From Alphaproteobacteria bacterium (GTDB lineage Bacteria; Pseudomonadota; Alphaproteobacteria; JBFXJJ01): 64,000 bases of DNA. The DNA is taken from positions 47,036 through 111,035 of the forward strand of contig JBFXJJ010000008.1 in the NCBI GenBank assembly GCA_050175015.1. Direction: 5' to 3'. Every line of letters begins with the position of its first letter. The stretch's first letter is position 1. A program made the position numbers and the translations under genes. Positions 1 to 9,571 of this stretch are shown here, in pieces. The notes beneath the pieces were generated by a model. That model ran no database searches and was not told where the DNA came from. It saw nothing but the letters and a program-made list of their open reading frames with translations.

Positions 1-64
1 CGTAAATTCCATTTAAATCAACCATTTTTACACACTTTTGGCATTTTTTTGATTGGTGATGAAG

Positions 65-1801
65 TTAGTCATATTTTAAATCTATTTTAATTCCTAATAA
101 TTTTTCTGTATCGCTATTATCGGTCAGTTTAAGAATTATGTTATCATTAATTAGTTTTTGTTTTTCTCCGTCACTTATTTCAGTAATGTCATCAATCTGA
201 TTTTGGTTAAGAGTAAGTATGTATTGTTTGTTATGAGTATTAAAAAGATTGTTAGCTTCAGATAACATAGAAATTTTTTGTCTTGGGTCAATATCACTAA
301 AAAGACGATTGTCATGAAATAAAAAATCTATTTTATGCCTGCTTCCCATAAACAATAAGGTTAAATCATAACAAAATATTTTAGCACTTCCTATTCCGTC
401 AGAGGAATCACTTTCAATTTTTGCGTCAAAATCATATCTTAATTGATTAGTTCCGCTATTGTTTTTAACAGTAATTCCTGATGTTGCATCAGGGTATATT
501 TTTTTAGCCAGCCTTCTAAAAAAGCCGTCCATATTTTTATCAGAGTTTTCCTCTGTTGAGTTAAGATAATCAACTGTTTTCTGTTCTTCTTCAACAAACT
601 GTTTCTTTATATTAAGCTCTTTATTTTCATACTCTTTTAATAAGCTTTCATATTTTAAATAATCATTTTTTTGATTCTTTTTATCGCTAAGTTTGTTGTT
701 CAGTTTTAAAACCACATCAACCGCATTATGAGCATTAAGATATTGCAATTTCTGGTCTAATTTTTTCTCCCAATCTTTTTTGTCATTATTAAAAGCTGTC
801 AGATTGTTTTGAATAGCCAGTTTTTGTTCGGCAAGCCTTTTGGCTCTGTTTGATAACAATTGCTTATTAAAAACTTCTAACTCATCTAAGGTTTTAGATA
901 AATTGTTACTAAAAATTATCCGAGCTTCTTCATATATTGACGTTATTTTTTCTTTGCTTAAGTCTGGAGTGTTTTTTAGGCTTTGCTCAATGTTTTTTAT
1001 TTGATATGAGCTTGTAGCAATTTGATTGTTGATATTATCTAATTGTTGCTTTATTTGATTCGCTTCCTGCTCTGTTTGGTAATAATCTTCAGCAACTTTT
1101 GTTTCATTAAGTTTATGCTCTAACTCTTTTATTTCTTCTTCCAAATTTTTCTTTGCAAGCCCAAGGTCTTTAGAGCCAATAAAAAATTCTTTTAATACAG
1201 GGTCTTTTTTTATCTGCTTGGTTAAATTGTTTATATTATCTAAATCTTTCTTTAGCATCTTTTTTGTTTGAATAAGTCCAACATCTAATCCCAACAGAAA
1301 AGCATTGTTTAGCAATTTTTGATATTCTGTTCCTTTCTTTCTACCGTCAGGATCAGCAAAATTAGAATACGCACCCTTAGTTCTTCTTATAAAAAAGGGG
1401 ATTAAAGTTCTAAAAGTTAGATATTGAATTCCAGATGGAATTTCAAAACAAAGCTTTTGCATTTTTTTATTAAAATTATCAACCGACAACTCTTCTTTAT
1501 TCATAAAAATTTTATTATAGTTATCTATAGCACGTTCAACTTTATAATTTTCTCCAGCTATTTCAAATTCAAGATAAAAAATCCAATTAACGAGTTTTTC
1601 TAGAAAATTACCTTGAGGCGTTGCACCTAAGCAAAAATGAATTATCTCTATCATCAAAGATTTACCAACACCATTATAGGTTTTATCTTTTGATTCGTTG
1701 GAGGTATCTTTTTTGCAGGCAACAATAATATTTAAACCCGTTTTTTTAAACTCAACAGTTTTAAAGGTATCTTTGTTTGCTGATAACGAAATTAAACGCA
1801 T
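65..1801 (-). CDS. lmuB: Lamassu/ABC-three-component SMC-like ATPase (short LmuB, DUF2326-like)
   Basis: Walker A NGVGKS, central coiled coil, SSDG signature, FLFHD Walker B; third gene of a coupled triad. Confidence 0.8.
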   Translation of the reverse strand: MRLISLSANKDTFKTVEFKKTGLNIIVACKKDTSNESKDKTYNGVGKSLMIEIIHFCLGATPQGNFLEKLVNWIFYLEFEIAGENYKVERAIDNYNKIFMNKEELSVDNFNKKMQKLCFEIPSGIQYLTFRTLIPFFIRRTKGAYSNFADPDGRKKGTEYQKLLNNAFLLGLDVGLIQTKKMLKKDLDNINNLTKQIKKDPVLKEFFIGSKDLGLAKKNLEEEIKELEHKLNETKVAEDYYQTEQEANQIKQQLDNINNQIATSSYQIKNIEQSLKNTPDLSKEKITSIYEEARIIFSNNLSKTLDELEVFNKQLLSNRAKRLAEQKLAIQNNLTAFNNDKKDWEKKLDQKLQYLNAHNAVDVVLKLNNKLSDKKNQKNDYLKYESLLKEYENKELNIKKQFVEEEQKTVDYLNSTEENSDKNMDGFFRRLAKKIYPDATSGITVKNNSGTNQLRYDFDAKIESDSSDGIGSAKIFCYDLTLLFMGSRHKIDFLFHDNRLFSDIDPRQKISMLSEANNLFNTHNKQYILTLNQNQIDDITEISDGEKQKLINDNIILKLTDNSDTEKLLGIKIDLKYD

Positions 1802-2034
1802 TTGCTTATTATTCCTTGTTTTTCTTCAATAACGCCAATCGAAAAAAGAAAAACTATAGTTAAAATCAAATTGTCGAAACTATGCTTGGCGAAGTAGTTT
1901 CCGCTTTTAAAATCAAATTGATATTTTTTCCATAAATCGTCAATGGTTTTAGGTGTTTTGAGCTCTTCAATGAGATAACTACCTAAACCGAGTAGGGACT
2001 GTGAAAAATTCAAATGTTTTTTTGGTATAAGCAT
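1792..2034 (-). CDS. lmuC: Lamassu/ABC-3C middle component (LmuC)
   Basis: 80 aa, MLIPKKH..SLLGLG..TIDDLW pattern, between effector and ATPase. Confidence 0.75.
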   Translation of the reverse strand: MLIPKKHLNFSQSLLGLGSYLIEELKTPKTIDDLWKKYQFDFKSGNYFAKHSFDNLILTIVFLFSIGVIEEKQGIISKCV

Positions 2035-2036
2035 AA

Positions 2037-2972
2037 TTACTCTTCTGGTTCTTCAAAAATATCGCAGCTTTCAAAATATTTTGCCATAATTTGAATAGCC
2101 GCTGGTTGATATACATTGTTACTTTTAGGACATATATTTTCTAAAATCCCAAAAAATATATTATCACCTATGTTGTTTTTATCAATCATTTCATTTTCGA
2201 ATTTAAGTTTGTTTTGTTGATAAATATCGCTTAAGGTTTTTTTTGTTTCTTCCGCTAATATGCTTTCTCTTTCCTCAAAAAACTTGTCTATTTGACCTAT
2301 TGCAGAATAGGCGTTATCTAGCAAATTTTTTACGTCTAGGCTGATATTATTAATTTTGATTTTTTTATTCCAATCAGGGGCGATTAATTTGTCATCTAAA
2401 ATCGTTTTAACGGGGATTTGTGCGATATGGTTTATTACTTCATCAAGAATAGAGTTATTAAGAATGTGCATTTTTGAAGGGTCTGGCAAATACCCTACAA
2501 CATCTAACATTTGTTCTTCTGTTAAATCATTAAAAACCATATTTCCTAAATCTTTTGCTGTTAAAAAGCTACATTCTTTTAGGTTGTTAGTTGTTTTAAT
2601 GATTCCAATTTTTATCAAACCGTCAGCATTAACACCCTTATATTTATCATTAACAACAAAAAAGAAATTCTCTATCGGCGACCAATATTTTTTCAATCCG
2701 TCAAAATCTGTTTCTAGTTTATTTATCGCTTCAGGATATGATTTGGTTATGTCTTCAGGAGCATAAACTTGATAATAGGTTGCTGTTTTTGTGTTGCAAC
2801 CATCATTCTTTCGGTCTCCAATATTGCCCCAAGGTTTAAGTTGTTGGAAATCAGAATCTCTATAATTCATAATTTTGGTAAATATTTTTTCAAACTCACT
2901 GCCATCAGATTCATAAATTTTGTTTTGAAAAATTTTAATAGCATAAGCTTTTTCTTGAGGAGTCATATTCAT
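2037..2972 (-). CDS. lmuA: Lamassu effector LmuA, nuclease-like N-terminus plus ABC-3C CTD
   Basis: FE..F..IM, GDRKNDG, YQVYAP restriction-nuclease-like motifs; C-terminal YFESCDIFE typical of ABC-3C CTDs. Confidence 0.75.
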   Translation of the reverse strand: MNMTPQEKAYAIKIFQNKIYESDGSEFEKIFTKIMNYRDSDFQQLKPWGNIGDRKNDGCNTKTATYYQVYAPEDITKSYPEAINKLETDFDGLKKYWSPIENFFFVVNDKYKGVNADGLIKIGIIKTTNNLKECSFLTAKDLGNMVFNDLTEEQMLDVVGYLPDPSKMHILNNSILDEVINHIAQIPVKTILDDKLIAPDWNKKIKINNISLDVKNLLDNAYSAIGQIDKFFEERESILAEETKKTLSDIYQQNKLKFENEMIDKNNIGDNIFFGILENICPKSNNVYQPAAIQIMAKYFESCDIFEEPEE

Positions 2973-2981
2973 TATTCCTTA

Positions 2982-5900
2982 CTAAACACTCTTGGCTTTG
3001 GAGATGCGGTTATAGACAAGCTGGCAGACGGAGCGGTAAACTTCTTTTCGTTCATCTATAGTTAGCCCTATAGCATCAAAAACAATGTCATCAAGTTCTT
3101 TTCTATCGGCAAGAGGTTTTGGCTCTTGCTCTTCAATTGGAATATCGCTTTTAGGGTCAATCCCACATTCTTCGAAAATGTTTTTGATTTCTCGGTTGAA
3201 TAAATTGTTTGTATTTAATTTAGAAAAATTAACACAATCATCTTTTAGTAAGATAAAATTATTTAAATCGGGCTTTTGAGTTTTGAGAACTCCTCCACCA
3301 AAATTTGACCTTCCATATAGTTCTCTAAATAAGTTGGTTGTTGTGGAATTTAAAAATAAAAGGGTGTTTATTTTGTTAGTTTTACAAACTGTAATTTCGA
3401 AGAAATTATCACCAACCAATCTATCGCTATTTAAAAAAGCAATATTTCTATCATTATGGGCTATAATCCAAAGAATTTCTGCTTCTTTTCTATCGCCTAA
3501 AAAATACCATAACTTACGATTTTTTACGGTTTCAATGTTATGAAATCCTGTTAGCTTTTTCCCTTTATCTTTACCTTGTTTGATTTCTATTTCTGCGATT
3601 TCTCCCCATTTGATATATTTTAAGGCGTTCGTTCCTTGTAGTTCAGTTTTAGATTTATCACATAAAAAAAGAAAACCTTTTGGTTTGATTTTTGAAACAT
3701 CAATTTTTTTAAGCTCATTGGTTTTCATTGTTGCGGGTTTTAAAAACTCTTCTTCAATGCCCCATTCTTTGGCTTGGGTATCCGTTAAATAGAAAAATTC
3801 ATTACAGCCTGTTGTTATGCCTCTTCTTACTTCGGCAACATCTTTTAATTTGACTAGCTTATCTTTGCCTTTTTCTAAAATGGTAAAGAAAATATCGGGG
3901 GCTCTTAAATATTTTCCACCCCATTTATCGCCGATATATTTGTTTTCATCAACGCCTGCTTCATATAATTCATCATAGTTTATGCTATAAACCCTAAAGG
4001 AACCAGTTTTTAAAATGCCGTTAGTGTTTTCAATTTCAAGCAGGTTTTCAGTTACAACCACTTCTTCAAAAGGTTTTTTAAAGGCAACAAATTTAACTTT
4101 TTTATCTTTCTTTTGAAACTTATCTTCTGGGGCAGAAAAAATAGAAATTATGGTATTAACATCAGCGTTGGCAAAGCTTCGTTTAACCTGATTATCAATA
4201 ATATAGTGCATCTCTACATTGTTTAGCAAAAACTCCTGAAGCCAAGCACCATAACCGACATCAAGCCAAGAGTTAGAGCAAACAAAACAATGTATGCCTT
4301 TGGGGTTTAAAATTCTTAAAGTATGTAAGTAAAAATAAACATATAAATCAGACTTTTTATCGGTTTTGGTTTTGGCTTTAAAATAACTTGGGTAATCAAC
4401 CTTAACCGTTTGTTCCAACAAGTCCTTGTAATCTTTGTTGTCTTTTACCAAGCCATTAGGGTCGCTTATTTCCTCTTGCCTGACATAAGGCGGGTTGCCG
4501 ATGATTATATCAAATCCGCCTTTTTCACCAAAAATCTCTGCAAACTCAATGTTCCAGACCAGCGGGTGATTGTCGGTTAGATTTTTAGCTTCTTCTTGTA
4601 ATAAGGCTATTTCCTCTCTTAATTGCTCTTTTTCTTTTTCTAGTGAGGCAGAATTTTCTTTTTTTGTTTTTTCCCCAAATTCAATTAAACTTCCCTGTTT
4701 GGAGTAAGTTTTCATATACTCATTTAGCTTTTCTTTTTTGTTTGTTATTTCATCATGGAGCAAATCTAAAAAAAGGTTTTTTTCCATATTTCTTATAGAG
4801 TGAATATCTACGCCGTTTTTGTTATTAAAAAAATCGATTTTAGCATTTTTCAGCTTGGTAACTTTGGCTTTTATGCTTTGAGAAATGCTCGCGTGTCCTT
4901 GTATTGGAAAAAGCTTGCCTCCAATTCTCTGCACCAATGAATCCCCACATCTAACCTTAAAGTTAAGGCTTGGAAGGAGCGGTTCAAAAGAAGTGTTTTT
5001 ATCCTCTGGCATATCAATAAATAATGACAGCCAAAGCCTTAATTGGTTTATCCAAACTGCCCAGCGTTTAACCTCAACGCCGTATAAGGATTTTGCAATG
5101 ATTTCCTTTTTGCGGTCAAAGGCGGAATAGTTTTTATATTCATCAGGGCAGTTGTTTCTGGTTTGCAGGCTTCCTAAAAGCTCATCTAAAACCTGCATCA
5201 TGCCAACTTCAAAAGCACCCGAGCCTGCGGCTGGGTCGCATATTGTTATATTTTGCAAAAGCTCAATTAGTCCTTTGATTTCTTTGGCGGTAAAATCGCC
5301 TTGCTTTTGGCATTCGTCAAACTCTTTATCAACACCCATTTCTCTAAAAATAAAATGATATAGGTCTTGTTTCGTGCAATTAGAGTTTTTCTCAAGCCAT
5401 TTAACCAGCGATAACCTGCACATTAAATCAACTTCAGTTCTTGGGGTATAAACCGCACCATCTTTTTTATTAACTAATCTTTCAAAGATAATTCCTAAAA
5501 ATTCAGGGTTTAGTTCAAGCTCTTCATCATAATTAGTGTTTTCTTCAATCGTAAAATTATATTGAAACAAAAACTCAAAAAAGGCTTCAATCTCTTTGTC
5601 AGGGATATAAGCCGAAGCTAAATCGACCCCTGTTTTTTGCTTAAATAATTCACCATTTAAAAAAGGTGCCATTTGCAAGGTTTTCTGCGTTTTTTCAGAA
5701 AAATCATTGTTGCGGTATTTAACTTGCGTTCCTGGAGTGCTGTTCAAAGCTTCAAAAAACAATGGTTCTAACCAGTTTTTATAAAACTTATTATCACCAT
5801 TAAACTTTGCTTTATATTCTAACCAGAAATTTTGCAAAAATTCTTGGTCTCCGCCAAGCCAGCCTCTTTTCTGCACAAAGCCGATAAATATGGTTCTAAT

Positions 5901-6566
5901 CACAAAGAGCAGGGCAAAATCTTCTTTAGTTGAGGTATCTTCAATTTCTTTAACGCTTTTGGCAATTTGTTCAAACTTGGGCTTAAATTCGTTATAAAAC
6001 TCGTTGGTTACGGCATCGATTGAAAAGGCTTTTAATATATTGGTTATAGAAGAAAAGTCAGCCTTGCCGATTTGGGTTCTAAAAGTTTTGTTGGGCTTTT
6101 TCGGGTCAATAAAATAGGTGTATCGTTTATAATTGCCAAATTCTCTTTTTTTGCCTGCATAATGAACATTGATAAAGCTGAATCTTGCTTTGCCCTCGTT
6201 ATCTGTAAATACAAAGATACCTGCATCATAAAAGCCTTCTTTAATGGCTTTTTTAGCAATGTCATATTGTGCTTTTTTACTGCTACGCTCGGAAAGCCCT
6301 TTTTCTAATTCTCCAAGCAAAACAATGAGTTTTGAGCCTGTTCCAAATTCTATTTCACCTAACTTTTTTAATGATGAGCAAAAGGAATCTTCATCAATAT
6401 GATGCGGAAGGTCTTCTTCTTGCGGTGTAAAAAAATCAGATTTTGAACGCAAAAAAGAAACAATCGTTTCTTTAGACACTTGATTTATAAGCTTTTCAAT
6501 CGGATTTGGGGACATTTGCAAATTGCCTTTATTTCTTTCTAATAGGTTTGAAAGTTTTGTTTTCAT
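2982..6566 (-). CDS. Type IIG/Eco57I-like N6-adenine DNA methyltransferase (start may be 6513)
   Basis: GAVYTP, DPAAGSGAF (motif I), FDIIIGNPPY (motif IV), C-terminal TRD-like region. Confidence 0.85.
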   Translation of the reverse strand: MKTKLSNLLERNKGNLQMSPNPIEKLINQVSKETIVSFLRSKSDFFTPQEEDLPHHIDEDSFCSSLKKLGEIEFGTGSKLIVLLGELEKGLSERSSKKAQYDIAKKAIKEGFYDAGIFVFTDNEGKARFSFINVHYAGKKREFGNYKRYTYFIDPKKPNKTFRTQIGKADFSSITNILKAFSIDAVTNEFYNEFKPKFEQIAKSVKEIEDTSTKEDFALLFVIRTIFIGFVQKRGWLGGDQEFLQNFWLEYKAKFNGDNKFYKNWLEPLFFEALNSTPGTQVKYRNNDFSEKTQKTLQMAPFLNGELFKQKTGVDLASAYIPDKEIEAFFEFLFQYNFTIEENTNYDEELELNPEFLGIIFERLVNKKDGAVYTPRTEVDLMCRLSLVKWLEKNSNCTKQDLYHFIFREMGVDKEFDECQKQGDFTAKEIKGLIELLQNITICDPAAGSGAFEVGMMQVLDELLGSLQTRNNCPDEYKNYSAFDRKKEIIAKSLYGVEVKRWAVWINQLRLWLSLFIDMPEDKNTSFEPLLPSLNFKVRCGDSLVQRIGGKLFPIQGHASISQSIKAKVTKLKNAKIDFFNNKNGVDIHSIRNMEKNLFLDLLHDEITNKKEKLNEYMKTYSKQGSLIEFGEKTKKENSASLEKEKEQLREEIALLQEEAKNLTDNHPLVWNIEFAEIFGEKGGFDIIIGNPPYVRQEEISDPNGLVKDNKDYKDLLEQTVKVDYPSYFKAKTKTDKKSDLYVYFYLHTLRILNPKGIHCFVCSNSWLDVGYGAWLQEFLLNNVEMHYIIDNQVKRSFANADVNTIISIFSAPEDKFQKKDKKVKFVAFKKPFEEVVVTENLLEIENTNGILKTGSFRVYSINYDELYEAGVDENKYIGDKWGGKYLRAPDIFFTILEKGKDKLVKLKDVAEVRRGITTGCNEFFYLTDTQAKEWGIEEEFLKPATMKTNELKKIDVSKIKPKGFLFLCDKSKTELQGTNALKYIKWGEIAEIEIKQGKDKGKKLTGFHNIETVKNRKLWYFLGDRKEAEILWIIAHNDRNIAFLNSDRLVGDNFFEITVCKTNKINTLLFLNSTTTNLFRELYGRSNFGGGVLKTQKPDLNNFILLKDDCVNFSKLNTNNLFNREIKNIFEECGIDPKSDIPIEEQEPKPLADRKELDDIVFDAIGLTIDERKEVYRSVCQLVYNRISKAKSV

Positions 6567-7551
6567 TAATTAGGGCTATAATTTCATCAATGTTTTTAAT
6601 GCTATTAATTGTAAGTTCACAACATTCAACACCATAAAATTTTTGCACGCTTTCTGAAAGGTCTTCAACCTCATGCTGTTTTATTTTTTGTTTTGCCTGA
6701 CCCGACGGCATAGTAATAACTAACCTGACCTTTTTCTTTCTCATATAAAGATAAGCAAAATTCTTTTTGTTATGTTGAATTGAAACATAATATTTTTGAG
6801 GATTAATTTTTATATCGGTTATTGAATTTTTAATGGTTTCATAAATTTCTTTAACCTGATTTTCAACCCCTTCTAAATGAAATTCTTCGGTATAAGTTTT
6901 TTTAAGGTTGTTTGGCTCATCATCTTCAGCTTCTTCAATGTTTGTTTCAACCATTTCTATGACTTCAAAGTCTGGCTCTGATGTAAAAATAACTTCGCCG
7001 TTGTTATGAAATTCTTTGATTATCATAATTTTAACCATTTTATCCCAAGTGTCGGTATAGGTCGCCATTATTTCGGGAAGCTCTGGTTTTTTCTCATCTA
7101 TAACAAGCAAAATATTCTGGGAATCTTCAACAATGTCCTTTATGCCTTTATAAAGTTCGTTGGTGCCAATATATTCAATGAATTCGCTCTTCAATTCTGA
7201 ATCTGTATTTACAATAATAAATATTTTCTCTATTAAATCTGTTCTACTTGAAGAGTTTTTGAAAAAAGCAAAAAACTTAGTAACTTGAGGAAAGATATGA
7301 TTAAAAAAAGAGTGTCCTACAAGCTCAAATTCAACCAAATAAAAATCGGGGCTTTCTGGCTTAGTAAAATCGAACAAAAAACCATCTGGTATTGATTTTC
7401 CTAATTCTTGAGTTGCTATTTTCTTTTTTGGTATGTAAACAGTCTTTTCACCAAAAAGAAGTTTGTAATTATCAAGAAGAGTATTCTCGTAATCACTTTC
7501 TTTGCTGTATTTTTTCTCTAAAAACCGCTTTCCCTTATAAAATAAACTCAT
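6529..7551 (-). CDS. PD-(D/E)xK-like nuclease domain plus DUF5655-like C-terminus
   Basis: IPDG..FYLVEFEL nuclease-like motif; YTEEFHL..PQKYYVS C-terminal pattern. Confidence 0.6.
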   Translation of the reverse strand: MSLFYKGKRFLEKKYSKESDYENTLLDNYKLLFGEKTVYIPKKKIATQELGKSIPDGFLFDFTKPESPDFYLVEFELVGHSFFNHIFPQVTKFFAFFKNSSSRTDLIEKIFIIVNTDSELKSEFIEYIGTNELYKGIKDIVEDSQNILLVIDEKKPELPEIMATYTDTWDKMVKIMIIKEFHNNGEVIFTSEPDFEVIEMVETNIEEAEDDEPNNLKKTYTEEFHLEGVENQVKEIYETIKNSITDIKINPQKYYVSIQHNKKNFAYLYMRKKKVRLVITMPSGQAKQKIKQHEVEDLSESVQKFYGVECCELTINSIKNIDEIIALINENKTFKPIRKK

Positions 7552-7661
7552 TTTTTACCTGTGTTTTAATTGATTGTTTGAACATTTAATTAGATAGCAT
7601 AAACTAATATTTATTTCTATAAAAATGGTAATCATTAATTGCTAGTTATTTTTAGTTTTCC

Positions 7662-7745
7662 TCGTTGAGCAATGAAATTGCGAATAAGATAATCCAAGTT
7701 TGTTGGCAGGAGAAAAGTGATATTACTTTTCATGTCCTGCCTTCT
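7662..7745 (+). other. Putative MOBP oriT copy 1
   Basis: 18-bp near-palindrome AAAAGTGATATTACTTTT (7713-7730) then CATGTCCTG^CC; homologous to sites at 28.0 and 28.4 kb. Confidence 0.6.
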
Positions 7746-8068
7746 TAACCTAATAAGACACATTGCGAAAGATTGCAAAAGAGGTGGAATAATTGATAAA
7801 TTTTGCAAAAGATGTGCAAAGCCTTTGTTTGTAAGGGTTTGATACTGGCTTAATTATGCAAAAATTGAGAAAGAACTGGATTTTTTGAGAAAGAATAACA
7901 AAAATTGAAAAACTTGGAGAAACTCCTTATTTTTCAACGGTTTTAAGGGGTTAAAATTGATAAAATTTGCAAAAGAAGTGGACTCTTGTGGAATCTCTTA
8001 AATCCTCTTAAACTAGCTGATAAAATGTGATAATTTTTAAGGAAAGCCTTGTTTTTCAGAGCTTTAGC

Positions 8069-8359
8069 TTACAGGTTAAGATTTTTGCTCATTTTATTAT
8101 GCAAAACCCTTACTATGAAGATATTGTCCTTTGAGACTTTGTAAAAAACATTATGGCTTTGAATTGTGTGTTGAAAATAGCCCTGCCTTATATAATCAAC
8201 GGATACGCCAATATAAGGGTTTTCCTGCAAATTTAAAAAATGCCTTTTTAATTCGTTTATGTAGAGGTTGGCTTGCTCTTTGCCAAAAACATTAAAGGAA
8301 TAAAGCCAAATATCTCTAATATCTTTTTCGGCTTTATTTGAAATTGTTAATTTTAACAT
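8069..8359 (-). CDS. parE: ParE/RelE family toxin
   Basis: AEKDIRDIW.YS...FG..QA..Y; IVRVLH..M. Confidence 0.85.
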   Translation of the reverse strand: MLKLTISNKAEKDIRDIWLYSFNVFGKEQANLYINELKRHFLNLQENPYIGVSVDYIRQGYFQHTIQSHNVFYKVSKDNIFIVRVLHNKMSKNLNL

Positions 8360-8586
8360 CAGTTATGTTCTTTGTTTAAAGCTTCGATAATATCATCAAT
8401 GCTATTAGGGCTTATTCCGCTTTGTTCTCCTTCAATTAAAGCCTGTCTTAAAACTTCAATTTCTTCGATATTATGGCGGATTAAATCTCTAACATAATCG
8501 CTGGCGTTTGCATATTTGCCAGTTTCAACTTGAGTTTCGACCCATGATTTCATGGTGTTTGGTAAAGATATATTCATTGTTGCCAT
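8359..8586 (-). CDS. parD: ParD-like RHH antitoxin (CC2985 family)
   Basis: MATMNISLP..G.YANASDYVRDLIR; overlaps toxin start. Confidence 0.85.
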   Translation of the reverse strand: MATMNISLPNTMKSWVETQVETGKYANASDYVRDLIRHNIEEIEVLRQALIEGEQSGISPNSIDDIIEALNKEHN

Positions 8587-8664
8587 TTTTCTGTCCTCCT
8601 AGATTTATAATGGCATAGATTGGCAAAGATTGTCAATATTATGAGGTTTAAAGTTAAAATATTT

Positions 8665-8702
8665 TTCACATACCCATACCGAAGCCGTAGCTTTTGGATT
8701 TT
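8665..8702 (-). repeat. Copy of relaxase gene 3' end (direct repeat with 11885-11922)
   Basis: TTCACATACCCATACCGAAGCC(G/A)TAGCTTTTGGATTTT at both places, one mismatch. Confidence 0.9.
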
Positions 8703-8832
8703 ATTATTGCCTCAAGCTTGCGGCAACAAGAGGAGTTCCGTTGTTTTCAATTGCTTAAGCTTTAGATTTTTTCAGAAATGGAATCTTAAAGACTCACTTA
8801 AACACTCCTAGACTCTCAAAGATTGTTTTAAA

Positions 8833-9126
8833 CTAATGCTGTTTAGCAGTAACAGAAAAAGAAAGCCCTAATGCGTTAATAACCTGCATAATGGTTGCAA
8901 ATTCAGGGTTGCCATCTAGTGATAACGCTTTGTAAAGACTGGCTCTACCTAATTTTGACTTCCTAGCAATCTCAGTCATACCTTTTGCTCTGGCAATATC
9001 TCCTAAAGCGGCTGTAACTAAAGCAGGATCATCTTCTTCCATTGCGGCAGAAAGATAAGCAATAATATCTTCATCAGTTTTAAGATGTTCTGCAACATCA
9101 AAAGGTCTGGTTTTAGTTTTAGTCAT
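8833..9126 (-). CDS. Addiction module antidote, HI1420-like HTH
   Basis: FDVAEHL..ALGDIARAKGM..LYKALS..GNPEF.T. Confidence 0.9.
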   Translation of the reverse strand: MTKTKTRPFDVAEHLKTDEDIIAYLSAAMEEDDPALVTAALGDIARAKGMTEIARKSKLGRASLYKALSLDGNPEFATIMQVINALGLSFSVTAKQH

Positions 9127-9139
9127 ATTACAAAATCCT

Positions 9140-9430
9140 TTATAAGTTCTCTGCGAGCTTAATTGCTTTTAATATATCTTTTTCTTGAGTTCTTTTGTCT
9201 CCGCCAGCCAGCAAAATAACAATCTCTTCGCCCTTTTTGGTAAAATAAATTCTATAGCCAGCTCCATAATCTATCTTAAGTTCAGAAACCCCAGAACCTA
9301 CAGACTTGAAATCGCCAAAATTACCTAAAGAAACACGGCGGATTCTAACATTAATTCTTGCCCTAGCTTCTTTGTTCTTTAGTTTTGCATACCATTTGGC
9401 AAAAACTTCAGTCTGTTCTATTTGTATCAT
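9140..9430 (-). CDS. Addiction module killer, HI1419-like RelE/ParE toxin
   Basis: GNFGDFKSVG.GV.EL.IDYG.GYRIYF, LLAGGDK.TQ..DI; start moved to MIQIEQ. Confidence 0.9.
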   Translation of the reverse strand: MIQIEQTEVFAKWYAKLKNKEARARINVRIRRVSLGNFGDFKSVGSGVSELKIDYGAGYRIYFTKKGEEIVILLAGGDKRTQEKDILKAIKLAENL

Positions 9431-9571
9431 TATAACTGTATCCCACAAAAGACAGTTTTGCAATATGATTTTTGTATTGTAAGTGTTTTTAATATAATAA
9501 TGAGTTTAAAAAACACCTCAATAAATTTGATTAAAGAGGTGATTTTTTATTTTTAAAATCAACTTTAGTTT

